Shown in pieces: positions 56,901 to 64,000 of a DNA stretch of 64,000 nt. A program made the translations under genes and the position numbers. Origin of the DNA: an uncultured Chthonomonas sp. GTDB lineage: Bacteria; Armatimonadota; Chthonomonadetes; Chthonomonadales; CAJBBX01. Below the pieces are notes generated by a model that saw nothing but the letters and a program-made list of their open reading frames with translations, was not told the origin of the DNA and ran no database searches. Positions within the stretch are counted from its first letter, which is position 1; the number at the start of each line of letters is the position of its first letter. Where the stretch lies: contig CAJBBX010000127.1 of assembly GCA_903951425.1 (NCBI GenBank), forward strand, positions 6,452 to 70,451, given 5' to 3'.

Positions 56901-57438
56901 GAGCAGGAAGCGCCCCTCGAAGCCGACGCGGCCCATGGAGTTGGTCTGCCCGCCCTTCGCCGGCCCTGCCGCCGTCGCCGACACGCTCTGGCTGCCCGTA
57001 GCCGGCACTGGCCTCGGTTCGTCGCGATCCATAGCCTTCCGCTGGCCCGGAGCCGCGCCCGGCATGGGCGACGGGGTGCCGTTCGCCGGCCAACGCGTGG
57101 CGTTCGCCAACGCCGCCCAGTCGCCCGCAGGGGCCGCAGTACATCTTCTGGCGTCAGCTACCAAGCCGGGCCTCATGGCCACGATCACGCTGGTCTTCTC
57201 CGACAAGTCGGAACAGCTGATCTCGTTCCCCGTTGGCGACGGCACAAACCCGGAAGGTGGAAGCGCTGCGGTCTCGTTCATCGGCCCAGCCGCGGGTAGT
57301 CTGGGCAAAGCGAACGACAAACGGTTCGCGTTCTACCGATACCGGTTCAACCTGACGGATGGCAAGAAGCTGGCCGCCGTAGTCCTCTCAAAGACCGACG
57401 GGGCCCTCCTCTACGCCATCACCGTCCAGAAGAAGTAG
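53998..57438 (+). CDS. 1146-aa secreted multidomain protein (CBM9/DOMON-like, hydrolase-like core, NBR1-type Ig modules)
   Basis: ORF 53908..57438, start at the ATG at 53998. Signal peptide. The N-domain carries DDDYLYLAATV...YTVEMALPWIEIG. A central ILESWNDFEAGTAV motif follows. Three segments of the form V/LRNxGxxxW...W, typical of NBR1-like Ig domains, come next. Confidence 0.65.
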   Translation: MRLCRALVLLLVTALAAQFAAGQTPPRSAVLCYTAHDDDYLYLAATVRKPTLQGDRSAPFTDVLKDDCLALYASSADGKTQVMMAVSVAGGAQMYRGSSAAGLGGFDDFRAMPDGARIPFRYYVTHAGDMNRAGGGESYTVEMALPWIEIGGPPAANARITVNVAAMSAAGDTTSLLSLAPKVQSPADAWRIDLWTDLLLTPAAPQAAGSRRVCPKVGKRAPNMDGVIDKDEWATASEITMVEREGGGATIVAPSLIAARTGAAPKAVAAPAPAANPVPGAPSLADAAALKLPKMVWTVYLVDWQCDSRKGLPLRSTRAASGATLATTHPLDGEGPWLSSDSVEMHRRDMVRMRDSGIDGLAVRLPLADTDARRLALRGALALGAAQRWLAGRREPVIPAAPLIDFGSGAAVDLADTAQQARVVGLVHAFALRVPRFGRAHVPVAGAPTGSVLPIFVVGGVAPGSLTKAAAQAIREAVWRATGCDSVLCAAPDAGDGATVLLPSPDGGTAPGPSSVARMRPEALGEAGIDAFRTAWRNQARAKANWIILESWNDFEAGTAVAPTLEFGAALLDATAAWARAWHVPQGLRAEALLTNAPATLGAGALALFDVTLRNSGTVAITAASHLLATRWIGPNGQASGATETSPIPADTDPFQTRPQRLAVRAPAAAGEWRLEVALQQSAAAATPVLVASLPVTVTADKALRPTMLWTDLPAVLEAGAAYDVRAVLRNDGPDAWPAGTMVRARMGVDGSGGRTDGGLADACVALPAPVPAGAATEVKVLLGTVTPTGRAVTTDDGMAAQCPIVWWEVGAGQAATATVDADAVGIIDADVGAVFMNDYTPDQLPAAKRLMVPIGVRNAGAQTWRRDAVRLGCHWYYQDGVEALWEGETTALPQDLAPGEQLPDLLAAVTAPPNDGSYWLVWDMKVGDTWQSTLPSARPYDIRVHPVTVIMGQLWMAELPCGPPSPASRKRPSKPTRPMELVCPPFAGPAAVADTLWLPVAGTGLGSSRSIAFRWPGAAPGMGDGVPFAGQRVAFANAAQSPAGAAVHLLASATKPGLMATITLVFSDKSEQLISFPVGDGTNPEGGSAAVSFIGPAAGSLGKANDKRFAFYRYRFNLTDGKKLAAVVLSKTDGALLYAITVQKK

Positions 57439-58651
57439 CGGGAGCCGGATCGGGCAGGAGGATGGTCGGTTGCGGCGCGGGCGGCTCTGACGGCGGGGCC
57501 GCCGGCGCATGGCGCAGGGCGTCCTGCACATCGGCGCTGCCCGGCATGGCGAAGAGGCGCACCCGGAACTCAAGCTGGGAACCGGCCATCAGCGTGGCGA
57601 CGCCGGGAGCCGACGCCCACTCGAACGCGATGGGCACATAGTCCAGGCCCGGCACTGCGGGTACCACAGTCGGCAGCCACTGGGCCGGAGCGGACGCCGT
57701 ATCCACCGCGACGCCGGTGGTGATCTCACCCCATCGCACCGCGCCCACGCCGCCTCGTACGCCGGCCACAGGCTGCAGGGTCTCCGACACCGCAGAGCCG
57801 AAGGAGCGGTCGCCTGCGCAATATGGAGCCAAGCGAACGGCGCGGCAGTGCACCCGCTTCAATGGTGAGAGCCGCAACCCAACCTCGGCCGCCGTTCTCC
57901 CGGACCTGAGGGTAATGGTGGCCGTAGCCCGCCACCGCAGCCCCACGGATCCTGCAACGCTGAGGACGACGCTGTCCGGTGCGGCGGAGACGGATACCTC
58001 GTCCACCTTCAGCACTTCCCACCAGGGCTCCTGGCCCGGCTCGGCGCTGAGGACCGACGCCAGCGGCGCCACGGCGCCCGCGCGCCGCCAGCCCGACTTC
58101 GTGCGACAAGCCACGAGCAGCAACGGTACGCCCGCCACCGTGGTCTCAACCGAGACGCGCAGGTTGGCCGTCTCGGCGTAGGCGCGCTTGCCGCGTACCC
58201 GGCCCCCTGGGGCTGTGGGTACCCGTTGCGCCTCGGGGCCGGGATCTGCCTCGAGATGATGCACGGGCTGAACCACGTACGCCGGCAGGGCGCCGTCCTG
58301 CTTCGATACCGCGCCCAGGACCAGCGCGCTATCCGACCTGGAGGGCGTCATCGAGCAGCGCACCGCGTGCCACGCGCCTGGCTCCAGTTCCGGAATGGCC
58401 GGGCGCGTGTCCCCGCCCGCGTATTCGAGGCCGTTGGCGGCGAAGAGCTCCACGCGATTGGCAACCGACCTTACGGTTCCGTCGTTCATGAGTACCGCCA
58501 CCGCACCAAACAGGTTGTCGGCTGACACGTAGGCCGTCGAGGAGCCCGCGTAGATAAGCTTCGGCGGCTGAGCCTGCTGCGCGGCCGCGACAGGCGGCGG
58601 CGTAGCCTGCATCATGGCTACCAGTACGAATGCCAGCGCCAGACTACTCAT
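57419..58651 (-). CDS. 410-aa exported hypothetical protein
   Basis: The ATG overlaps the tgt stop by 8 nt. Signal peptide MSSLALAFVLVAMMQA. No motif I recognise. Confidence 0.55.
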   Translation of the reverse strand: MSSLALAFVLVAMMQATPPPVAAAQQAQPPKLIYAGSSTAYVSADNLFGAVAVLMNDGTVRSVANRVELFAANGLEYAGGDTRPAIPELEPGAWHAVRCSMTPSRSDSALVLGAVSKQDGALPAYVVQPVHHLEADPGPEAQRVPTAPGGRVRGKRAYAETANLRVSVETTVAGVPLLLVACRTKSGWRRAGAVAPLASVLSAEPGQEPWWEVLKVDEVSVSAAPDSVVLSVAGSVGLRWRATATITLRSGRTAAEVGLRLSPLKRVHCRAVRLAPYCAGDRSFGSAVSETLQPVAGVRGGVGAVRWGEITTGVAVDTASAPAQWLPTVVPAVPGLDYVPIAFEWASAPGVATLMAGSQLEFRVRLFAMPGSADVQDALRHAPAAPPSEPPAPQPTILLPDPAPATSSGR

Positions 58652-59807
58652 CGCTGCACCGGCTGTCTGGAGCCTCGTAGCGCTCGCGGTATGCCCGGGA
58701 AAACGCAGGCAGGCGGTCCTGCGCGATCGCGGTCCGGATGGCCTGCATCAGGCACGAGTAGAACCAAAGGTTGTGCAGGGTCACCAGCGTCGGCCCCAGC
58801 ATCTCCTTGGCCGAAAAGAGATGCCGCACATAGGCCCGCGTATGGCGCGCACAGACGGGGCAAGGGCACTCGCCGTCCAGGGGGCCAAAGTCGGTGCGGA
58901 AGCGCGCGTTGCGCAGGTTGATGGAGCCTTGTGGTGTGTACGCCTGCGCGTTTCGTGCGTTCCGCGTGGGCAGCACGCAGTCGAACATATCTACACCGCG
59001 CTCGACTGCATCCAGTATATCGATGGGCGTGCCCACGCCCATCAGGTAGCGAGGCTTCTCCGAAGGCAACAGGTCGGTCACCCACTCCACGCACTCACGC
59101 CGCTGCCCAGCCTCCTCGCCCACCGCCAGGCCGCCGATGGCATACCCGGGGAAGCCCAGGTCTACCAAGTCGCCGGCGGACTCGGCCCGCAGGCCGCGGT
59201 AGACCGAGCCCTGGACAATGGCGAAGAGCGCCTGCTCCCAACCGCCCGTCGCCCGTCCGCCCTGCGCCGTATGGTCGGCCAGGGCCCGCGCTGCCCAGCG
59301 CGTCGTGCGATGCATCGAGTCGCGGGCGTAGTCAGGCGGGCACGGGAACGGCGGGCACTCATCCAGCACCATAGCGATGTCCGGACCCAGGTTGCGCTCT
59401 ATGGCAGCGACGCTCTCCGGCGTGAAGTGGTGCATGCTGCCGTCGATGTGCGACTGGAACCGGACGCCCTCCTCCGTAATCTTGCGGAGGCCCGCCAGGC
59501 TGAAGACCTGGAAGCCGCCGCTATCGGTCAGCATGGCGCCTTGCCACCCTGAGAAGCGATGGAGCCCGCCCGCCTGGGCCACAAGCTCGTCGCCAGGCCG
59601 CAGATGCAGGTGGTAGGCGTTACCGAGGATCAGGTTGAAGCCGGCCGCACGGACGTCATCAGGCAGGGCGCCCTTTACGGTGCCCTGCGTGCCCACCGGC
59701 ATGAAGACGGGCGTCTCGACCTGGCCGTGGGGCAGCGTGAGCAGACCCGTTCGCGCCCTGGTTGTGCCGCAACGGCTCCGAAGCTGGAACTCTATGGGGG
59801 ACCTCAA
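58644..59807 (-). CDS. tgt: tRNA-guanine transglycosylase (queuine tRNA-ribosyltransferase)
   Basis: PVFMPVGTQGTVKG, GYAIGGLAVGE and Zn site CPCPVCARH. The ORF track extends to 59903 across tRNA-Arg. The start is probably the TTG at 59807, but this is uncertain. Confidence 0.9.
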   Translation of the reverse strand: MRSPIEFQLRSRCGTTRARTGLLTLPHGQVETPVFMPVGTQGTVKGALPDDVRAAGFNLILGNAYHLHLRPGDELVAQAGGLHRFSGWQGAMLTDSGGFQVFSLAGLRKITEEGVRFQSHIDGSMHHFTPESVAAIERNLGPDIAMVLDECPPFPCPPDYARDSMHRTTRWAARALADHTAQGGRATGGWEQALFAIVQGSVYRGLRAESAGDLVDLGFPGYAIGGLAVGEEAGQRRECVEWVTDLLPSEKPRYLMGVGTPIDILDAVERGVDMFDCVLPTRNARNAQAYTPQGSINLRNARFRTDFGPLDGECPCPVCARHTRAYVRHLFSAKEMLGPTLVTLHNLWFYSCLMQAIRTAIAQDRLPAFSRAYRERYEAPDSRCSDE

Positions 59808-59871
59808 TGCACCGGGAGTTGATCGAAAGGCCGGCCAACCGGGGCGATCCCGATGGCCGGCCTCAATCGTA

Positions 59872-59946
<75 letters not shown>

Positions 59947-59956
59947 AACTCAGAGT

Positions 59957-59986
59957 ATTATAGCGGCAGTGGCGACGCGGAGTCAA
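59957..59986 (-). promoter_or_regulatory. sigma-70-type promoter of tRNA-Arg (and possibly tgt)
   Basis: On the minus strand: TTGACT (59986..59981), 18-nt spacer, TATAAT (59962..59957). The tRNA 5' end lies 10 nt downstream. Confidence 0.7.
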
Positions 59987-60003
59987 ATGGCTGTTGCTGA
60001 GGC

Positions 60004-61806
60004 CTACTCCTTCACGATGCGCAGGCCCAACTCTGCCAGTTGCGCCGCATCGACCTCGCTAGGAGCGCCCATCATTGGGTCAGAGCCGCCACCGAGCTTG
60101 GGGAAGGCCATGACCTCGCGGATGTTCTCGGTATCCGTCAGGAGCATGATCAACCGGTCGATGCCCGGGGCGATGCCTCCATGCGGCGGGGCGCCGAACT
60201 CGAAAGCCTCCAGCATGTGCGCGAACCGATCCTGCTGCGTGGCCTCATCGATCCCCAGGAGCCCGAAGACCTGCGCCTGGATATCCCGCCGATGAATTCG
60301 GATGGAGCCGGAAGCCCACTCGACGCCGTTGCAGACGATATCGTAGCACTGGGCGCGGACGCGGCCCGGGTCCTCGAGTAAGAACGGCAGGTCCTCCGGA
60401 TGCGGCATGGTGAACGGGTGGTGGCTGGCGTCCCAGCGCGCCTCGTCCTCGTTCCACTCCACCAGCGGAAAGTCGGTTACCCAGCAGAAGTAGAGCACAT
60501 TCGGGTCGGCGAGCTTCAGGCGCGCGCCGATCTCGGTCCGCATCCTACCCAGAACCTGGGCGACGATCTTCGGACGGTCGGCGGCGAAGAGGATCAGGTC
60601 GCCCGGCTCCGCCTGTGCAGCGGCGAGGACGGACGCCAACTCGTCGGCTGTCAGGTGCTTCACCACCGGGCCGCGAGCCGATAGGGCGGCGCCGTCCGCC
60701 GGGCCATCGACCTGCAGGTATGCCAAGCCCTTGGCGCCGTTGTCGCGTGCCATCGATCCCAGCGTATCGATCTCCTTGCGGGAGAGCGACGCGCCGCCAG
60801 GGTAGCGCAGGGCCTTCACCTGGCCGCCACCGTCCAACGTCGACCGGAACACGCTGAACGCGCAACCGCCCAGGAGTTCGCCCAGGTCGACCAGTTCCAG
60901 TCCGAACCGAAGATCGGGCTTGTCGGACCCGTACAGCGCCATCGCCTGGTCGTACGTGAGCCGGGTAAAGGGCTTGGATCCCAGCTTCTTGGTGGAGAGG
61001 CCTTCCACCAGCTCGATCGTGAGGTCTTCTGTCAGCCGCAGGATGTCCTCCTGCGTGACGAACGACATCTCGACGTCTAGCTGGGTGAACTCGGGCTGCC
61101 GGTCGGCTCGTTGGGCCTCGTCACGGAAACAGCGCGCCACCTGGAAGTAGCGCTCACAGCCGGCGACCATCAGCAGCTGCTTGTACTGCTGCGGAGACTG
61201 CGGAAGGGCGTAAAAGTGACCGGGCTCCAAGCGGTAAGGCACCAGGTAGTCACGGGCGCCCTCGGGCGTCGACTTGGTGAAGATGGGGGTCTCGATCTCG
61301 AGGAAACCCCTCGCCCCAAGGTGCCTCCGCATCAGGGCCACGACCTCATGCCGCAGCTTTAGCGTCTGGTACATGGAAGGGCGGCGAAGGTCGAGGTAGC
61401 GGTACTTCACGCGTAGCTCTTCGTTCACCAAAGCCATATGCGCTTCGTCGCTGAGCTGGAACGGGAGCGGCTGCCGGCAGGTATTGAGCACCTGCAGGCC
61501 GACGATATTCACCTCCACGTCGCCGGTGTCGAGCTTGGGGTTCTCCATGCCGTCAGCCCGGCGACGCACCTCGCCGGTGACGCTGATAACGAACTCAGGC
61601 TTCACGCCGGCGGCGGCAACGACGGCCTCGACACCCGACGCCACGTCGGCGCGAAGCTGCACGAGGCCCGTGCGGTCGCGCAGGTCGATGAAGACAAGGT
61701 CGCCATGGTTGCGAACGCTGTGCGCCCAGCCGTTGAGCACCACGCTCGTGCCGACGTGCTCCGCCCGAAGTGCGCCACAGTCTGCCGTTCGCTGCCAGCT
61801 CTCCAA
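60004..61806 (-). CDS. aspS: aspartate--tRNA ligase
   Basis: ORF 60004..61884. I place the start at the TTG at 61806, with AAGGGGAGG 5 nt upstream. FIDLRDRTGLVQL, FRDEAQRADRQPEFTQLD and GGIAPGIDRLIM. Confidence 0.93.
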   Translation of the reverse strand: MESWQRTADCGALRAEHVGTSVVLNGWAHSVRNHGDLVFIDLRDRTGLVQLRADVASGVEAVVAAAGVKPEFVISVTGEVRRRADGMENPKLDTGDVEVNIVGLQVLNTCRQPLPFQLSDEAHMALVNEELRVKYRYLDLRRPSMYQTLKLRHEVVALMRRHLGARGFLEIETPIFTKSTPEGARDYLVPYRLEPGHFYALPQSPQQYKQLLMVAGCERYFQVARCFRDEAQRADRQPEFTQLDVEMSFVTQEDILRLTEDLTIELVEGLSTKKLGSKPFTRLTYDQAMALYGSDKPDLRFGLELVDLGELLGGCAFSVFRSTLDGGGQVKALRYPGGASLSRKEIDTLGSMARDNGAKGLAYLQVDGPADGAALSARGPVVKHLTADELASVLAAAQAEPGDLILFAADRPKIVAQVLGRMRTEIGARLKLADPNVLYFCWVTDFPLVEWNEDEARWDASHHPFTMPHPEDLPFLLEDPGRVRAQCYDIVCNGVEWASGSIRIHRRDIQAQVFGLLGIDEATQQDRFAHMLEAFEFGAPPHGGIAPGIDRLIMLLTDTENIREVMAFPKLGGGSDPMMGAPSEVDAAQLAELGLRIVKE

Positions 61807-61828
61807 AATCGCCTCCCCTTCTGGTGCC

Positions 61829-63112
61829 CTACTTCGCCAATCGCTCAACGAGGTCCGCCAGCGGCGCCTCACACTGCGGCGCACCGCCCTGCAGGTCCTT
61901 CAGTGAGCAGGCTCCGCGCGACAACTCATCTTCGCCCAAGATCACCGCCCAGCGTGCTCCCAGCCGCGACGCCTGCCGCATCTGCGCCTTCATGGAGCGC
62001 GCGGCGTAGTCGGCGTCACAGGCAATGCCTGCCCTGCGAAGATCCAGCAGAAGCTGCGCTGCGCGGGCGCGCTCGGCAGGGCCGAGCGCCACCACGAACG
62101 CCACCGGCGCCTCGTCGTCCACAGGCAGTTCGACGCCTGCCGCCTCCAGCGCGATCAGGCAACGCTCGGTGCCGATCCCGAAGCCGATGCCCGGCGTGGC
62201 AGGGCCTCCACACTCTTCGACCAGGCCGTCGTACCGACCGCCGCCGCCGATGGCGTTCATGGCCCCGAGGCCGCGGGAGACGATCTCAAAGGCCGTGCGC
62301 GTGTAGTAGTCAAACCCTCGCACCAGATGCGGGTCCAGGCTGAACGGAACCTCCAGCGCCCGAAGGAGGTCGCAGAGGGTCGCGAAGTGCGCCGCACACC
62401 CTTCGCACAGGGCATCCACGAGGCGGGGCGCGTCCTCGAGGGCCTGACGATCTTGCGGCTCCTTGCTGTCGAGCATCCGGAGCGGGTTGGTGGCGAACCG
62501 GGTGCGGTTGTCGGCGCTCATCTGGTCCAACAGCGGACGCGCGAAGTCCAGCAACTGCTGGCGGTACGCAGGGCGACAGGCCGGGCAACCGACCGAGTTG
62601 ATCCGCAGTTCGGTGTCGGTGATGCCGAGGCGCCGGTAGAACTCCACTGCCAGCGAGATCACCTCGGCGTCAACGAGGGGCTCGGACGAACCCAGGACCT
62701 CGACGCCGGTCTGCTGGTGCTCGCGGTAGCGGCCCTTCTGCCCACGCTCGTAGCGATAGACCCGAGCTATGTAGTAGAGCTTGGTGAGCGATCCCTCGGA
62801 CGCCAAGCCGTTCTCAAGGTAGGCGCGGATCACCGGGGCGGTCCCCTCAGGGCGCAAGGTCACGCCGGCGCCGCCGCGCGTCTCGAAGCTGAACATCTCC
62901 TTGGCGACGATGTCGGTCCCTTCCCCGATGCTGCGCGTGAAGAGCTCCGTGCTCTCCATGACCGGGGTTCGGATCTCGCGGTAGCCGTAGAGGCGGCAGA
63001 CGTCCTGAAAGACGCGCTCAACGGCACGCCATCGCGCGGAATGCAGCCAGGCCTTGTCCGGCCGCGCAACGGGCAGGACGTCGTTCATGTACTTGGGGGC
63101 GTTGTACTTCAC
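61829..63112 (-). CDS. hisS: histidine--tRNA ligase
   Basis: APKYMNDVLP, YRYERGQKGRYREHQQTGVE and a class II core. Probable start is the GTG at 63112 (AAGGTGAGG 9 nt upstream). The ORF track starts at 63127. Confidence 0.93.
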   Translation of the reverse strand: MKYNAPKYMNDVLPVARPDKAWLHSARWRAVERVFQDVCRLYGYREIRTPVMESTELFTRSIGEGTDIVAKEMFSFETRGGAGVTLRPEGTAPVIRAYLENGLASEGSLTKLYYIARVYRYERGQKGRYREHQQTGVEVLGSSEPLVDAEVISLAVEFYRRLGITDTELRINSVGCPACRPAYRQQLLDFARPLLDQMSADNRTRFATNPLRMLDSKEPQDRQALEDAPRLVDALCEGCAAHFATLCDLLRALEVPFSLDPHLVRGFDYYTRTAFEIVSRGLGAMNAIGGGGRYDGLVEECGGPATPGIGFGIGTERCLIALEAAGVELPVDDEAPVAFVVALGPAERARAAQLLLDLRRAGIACDADYAARSMKAQMRQASRLGARWAVILGEDELSRGACSLKDLQGGAPQCEAPLADLVERLAK

Positions 63113-63146
63113 GCGGGTTCGCCTCACCTTCAGAAGCTGAAGGAGG

Positions 63147-63176
63147 ATTGTACCGGGATTAAGCGGGGGCGGTCAA
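63147..63176 (-). promoter_or_regulatory. sigma-70-type promoter of hisS-aspS
   Basis: On the minus strand: TTGACC (63176..63171), 18-nt spacer, TACAAT (63152..63147). Confidence 0.6.
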
Positions 63177-63197
63177 ACCGAGCGCGCCGGAGGTAGG

Positions 63198-63899
63198 CTA
63201 CGGGATGCCGCAGAGGCGCTTGTACAGGCCCATCACGCGGGCGACATACCGCTGGGTTTCGCGGTATGGCGGGACCCCGCCGTACTTGCGGACGGCGCCG
63301 GACCCCGCATTGTAGGCGGCCAGCGTGAGGGCCACCTGTCTGGGCGTGATCTGACCGTCGGGAACTCCCGACTCCTTGTAAATCTGCAACTTCATCTTCA
63401 GGATGTTCATCGATACCCGAACGTTCTGCATCGGATCGTATGGATTCGAGAGGCCGAAAGCGCGCGAGTTGAACGGCATGAGCTGTCCCAGGCCCTGCGC
63501 GCCTGCCCGCGACTTGGCGTTTGGGTTGAAGCCCGACTCGCAGATGATCAGCGCCACGGCCAGGCGCGGATCGACGCGGTGCCGCTCGGCGAAATAGAGC
63601 AGGCTCACGGTGATCTGGTCCACCTGTTGCCGAGGCAGGCGCGGGTTCCAGCCGGCGATGAAGCCGGCGTAGGCCGTGTAGATGCCCTGTCCTACGGGGC
63701 TAAGGTACTTGCGGGCCAACTCGCTTAGCTCACCTGGGGCGGGCGGAGGCATCGGTGGCGTGGCATGCCGGACCGATCGCCCGGCTGCAGCCGTCATAGA
63801 CCGGGATGCCAGGGCCTGCCGGCGAGCGGCCTCGCGCTGTTCCCATGCCCGCTCCTGCGCAGTCACTTCGGCGTCAGAAGCCACAGCGATGGGCTGCAA
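63198..63899 (-). CDS. lytic transglycosylase (SLT domain) protein
   Basis: ICESGFNPNAKSRAGAQGLGQLMP (catalytic Glu-Ser) and AAYNAGSGAV. The frame stays open upstream to the window edge with no further start codon, so the TTG at 63899 may not be the true start and the gene may be 5'-partial. Confidence 0.8.
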   Translation of the reverse strand: MQPIAVASDAEVTAQERAWEQREAARRQALASRSMTAAAGRSVRHATPPMPPPAPGELSELARKYLSPVGQGIYTAYAGFIAGWNPRLPRQQVDQITVSLLYFAERHRVDPRLAVALIICESGFNPNAKSRAGAQGLGQLMPFNSRAFGLSNPYDPMQNVRVSMNILKMKLQIYKESGVPDGQITPRQVALTLAAYNAGSGAVRKYGGVPPYRETQRYVARVMGLYKRLCGIP

Positions 63900-64000
63900 C
63901 GGGGCTACATTGCCGATAGCGCCGTCGACTACGCGAGCAAGAACCCGTACCCTCTGGCTCCCGGCGGCCGAGACAAGCGGATCACCGCCGGGCGGGGCCT

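Noticed and set aside
63122-63146. Anti-SD hairpin (CCTTCAG-CTT-CTGAAGG plus outer CCT/GAGG pairing) covering the hisS ribosome-binding site; also a possible T-box leader.
   Set aside because: The predicted transcription start, about 7 nt after the TACAAT -10, falls inside the 5' arm, so the mRNA would lack most of the stem. The whole leader is about 30 nt, far too short for a T-box.

Overview
GC-rich (roughly two-thirds G+C by eye, strong GC3 bias), densely coded bacterial chromosomal window with about 52 protein-coding genes and 2 tRNAs. I found no rRNA, CRISPR array, transposase, integrase or recognisable defence or phage module. Most of it is housekeeping: tig-clpP-clpX-lon; glgA; a YvcK-like gene; an M42 peptidase; an ABC-2 exporter pair; dapL; hflX; rsmG with a CDF transporter and a PPIase; tRNA-Pro; pth; a ZnuABC-like metal importer; ftsY; ridA; pyrE; a split nit/nadE NAD synthetase; pntAA-pntAB-pntB; a second lon behind hsp20; tgt; tRNA-Arg; aspS; hisS; and an SLT transglycosylase. 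The many long antisense or out-of-frame ORFs in the track are high-GC artefacts. Several true starts are internal GTG/TTG/ATG codons with good Shine-Dalgarno sites, and I re-derived those. The parts worth a second look are all envelope or surface related. (1) A translationally coupled trio: a DUF5693-like membrane protein, the CsaB pyruvyltransferase, and a 988-aa beta-barrel with a polycationic N-terminus and no SLH domain. (2) A metal-uptake operon led by a His/Cys-rich mini-protein and a coiled-coil porin. (3) An orphan radical-SAM/SPASM gene wedged between nadE and pyrE, with pyrE start/stop-coupled to an 824-aa secreted protein. (4) A pair of mosaic LamG/Ig-repeat surface-protein genes. 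One is split by a single +1 frameshift at GGG-AGA-C inside an uncharacterised His/Trp-rich domain. The other is decayed, with an in-frame TGA plus compensating frameshifts. (5) A fusion of a solute-binding protein and a permease in one polypeptide. All family assignments come from motif recognition by eye, and no database search was possible.
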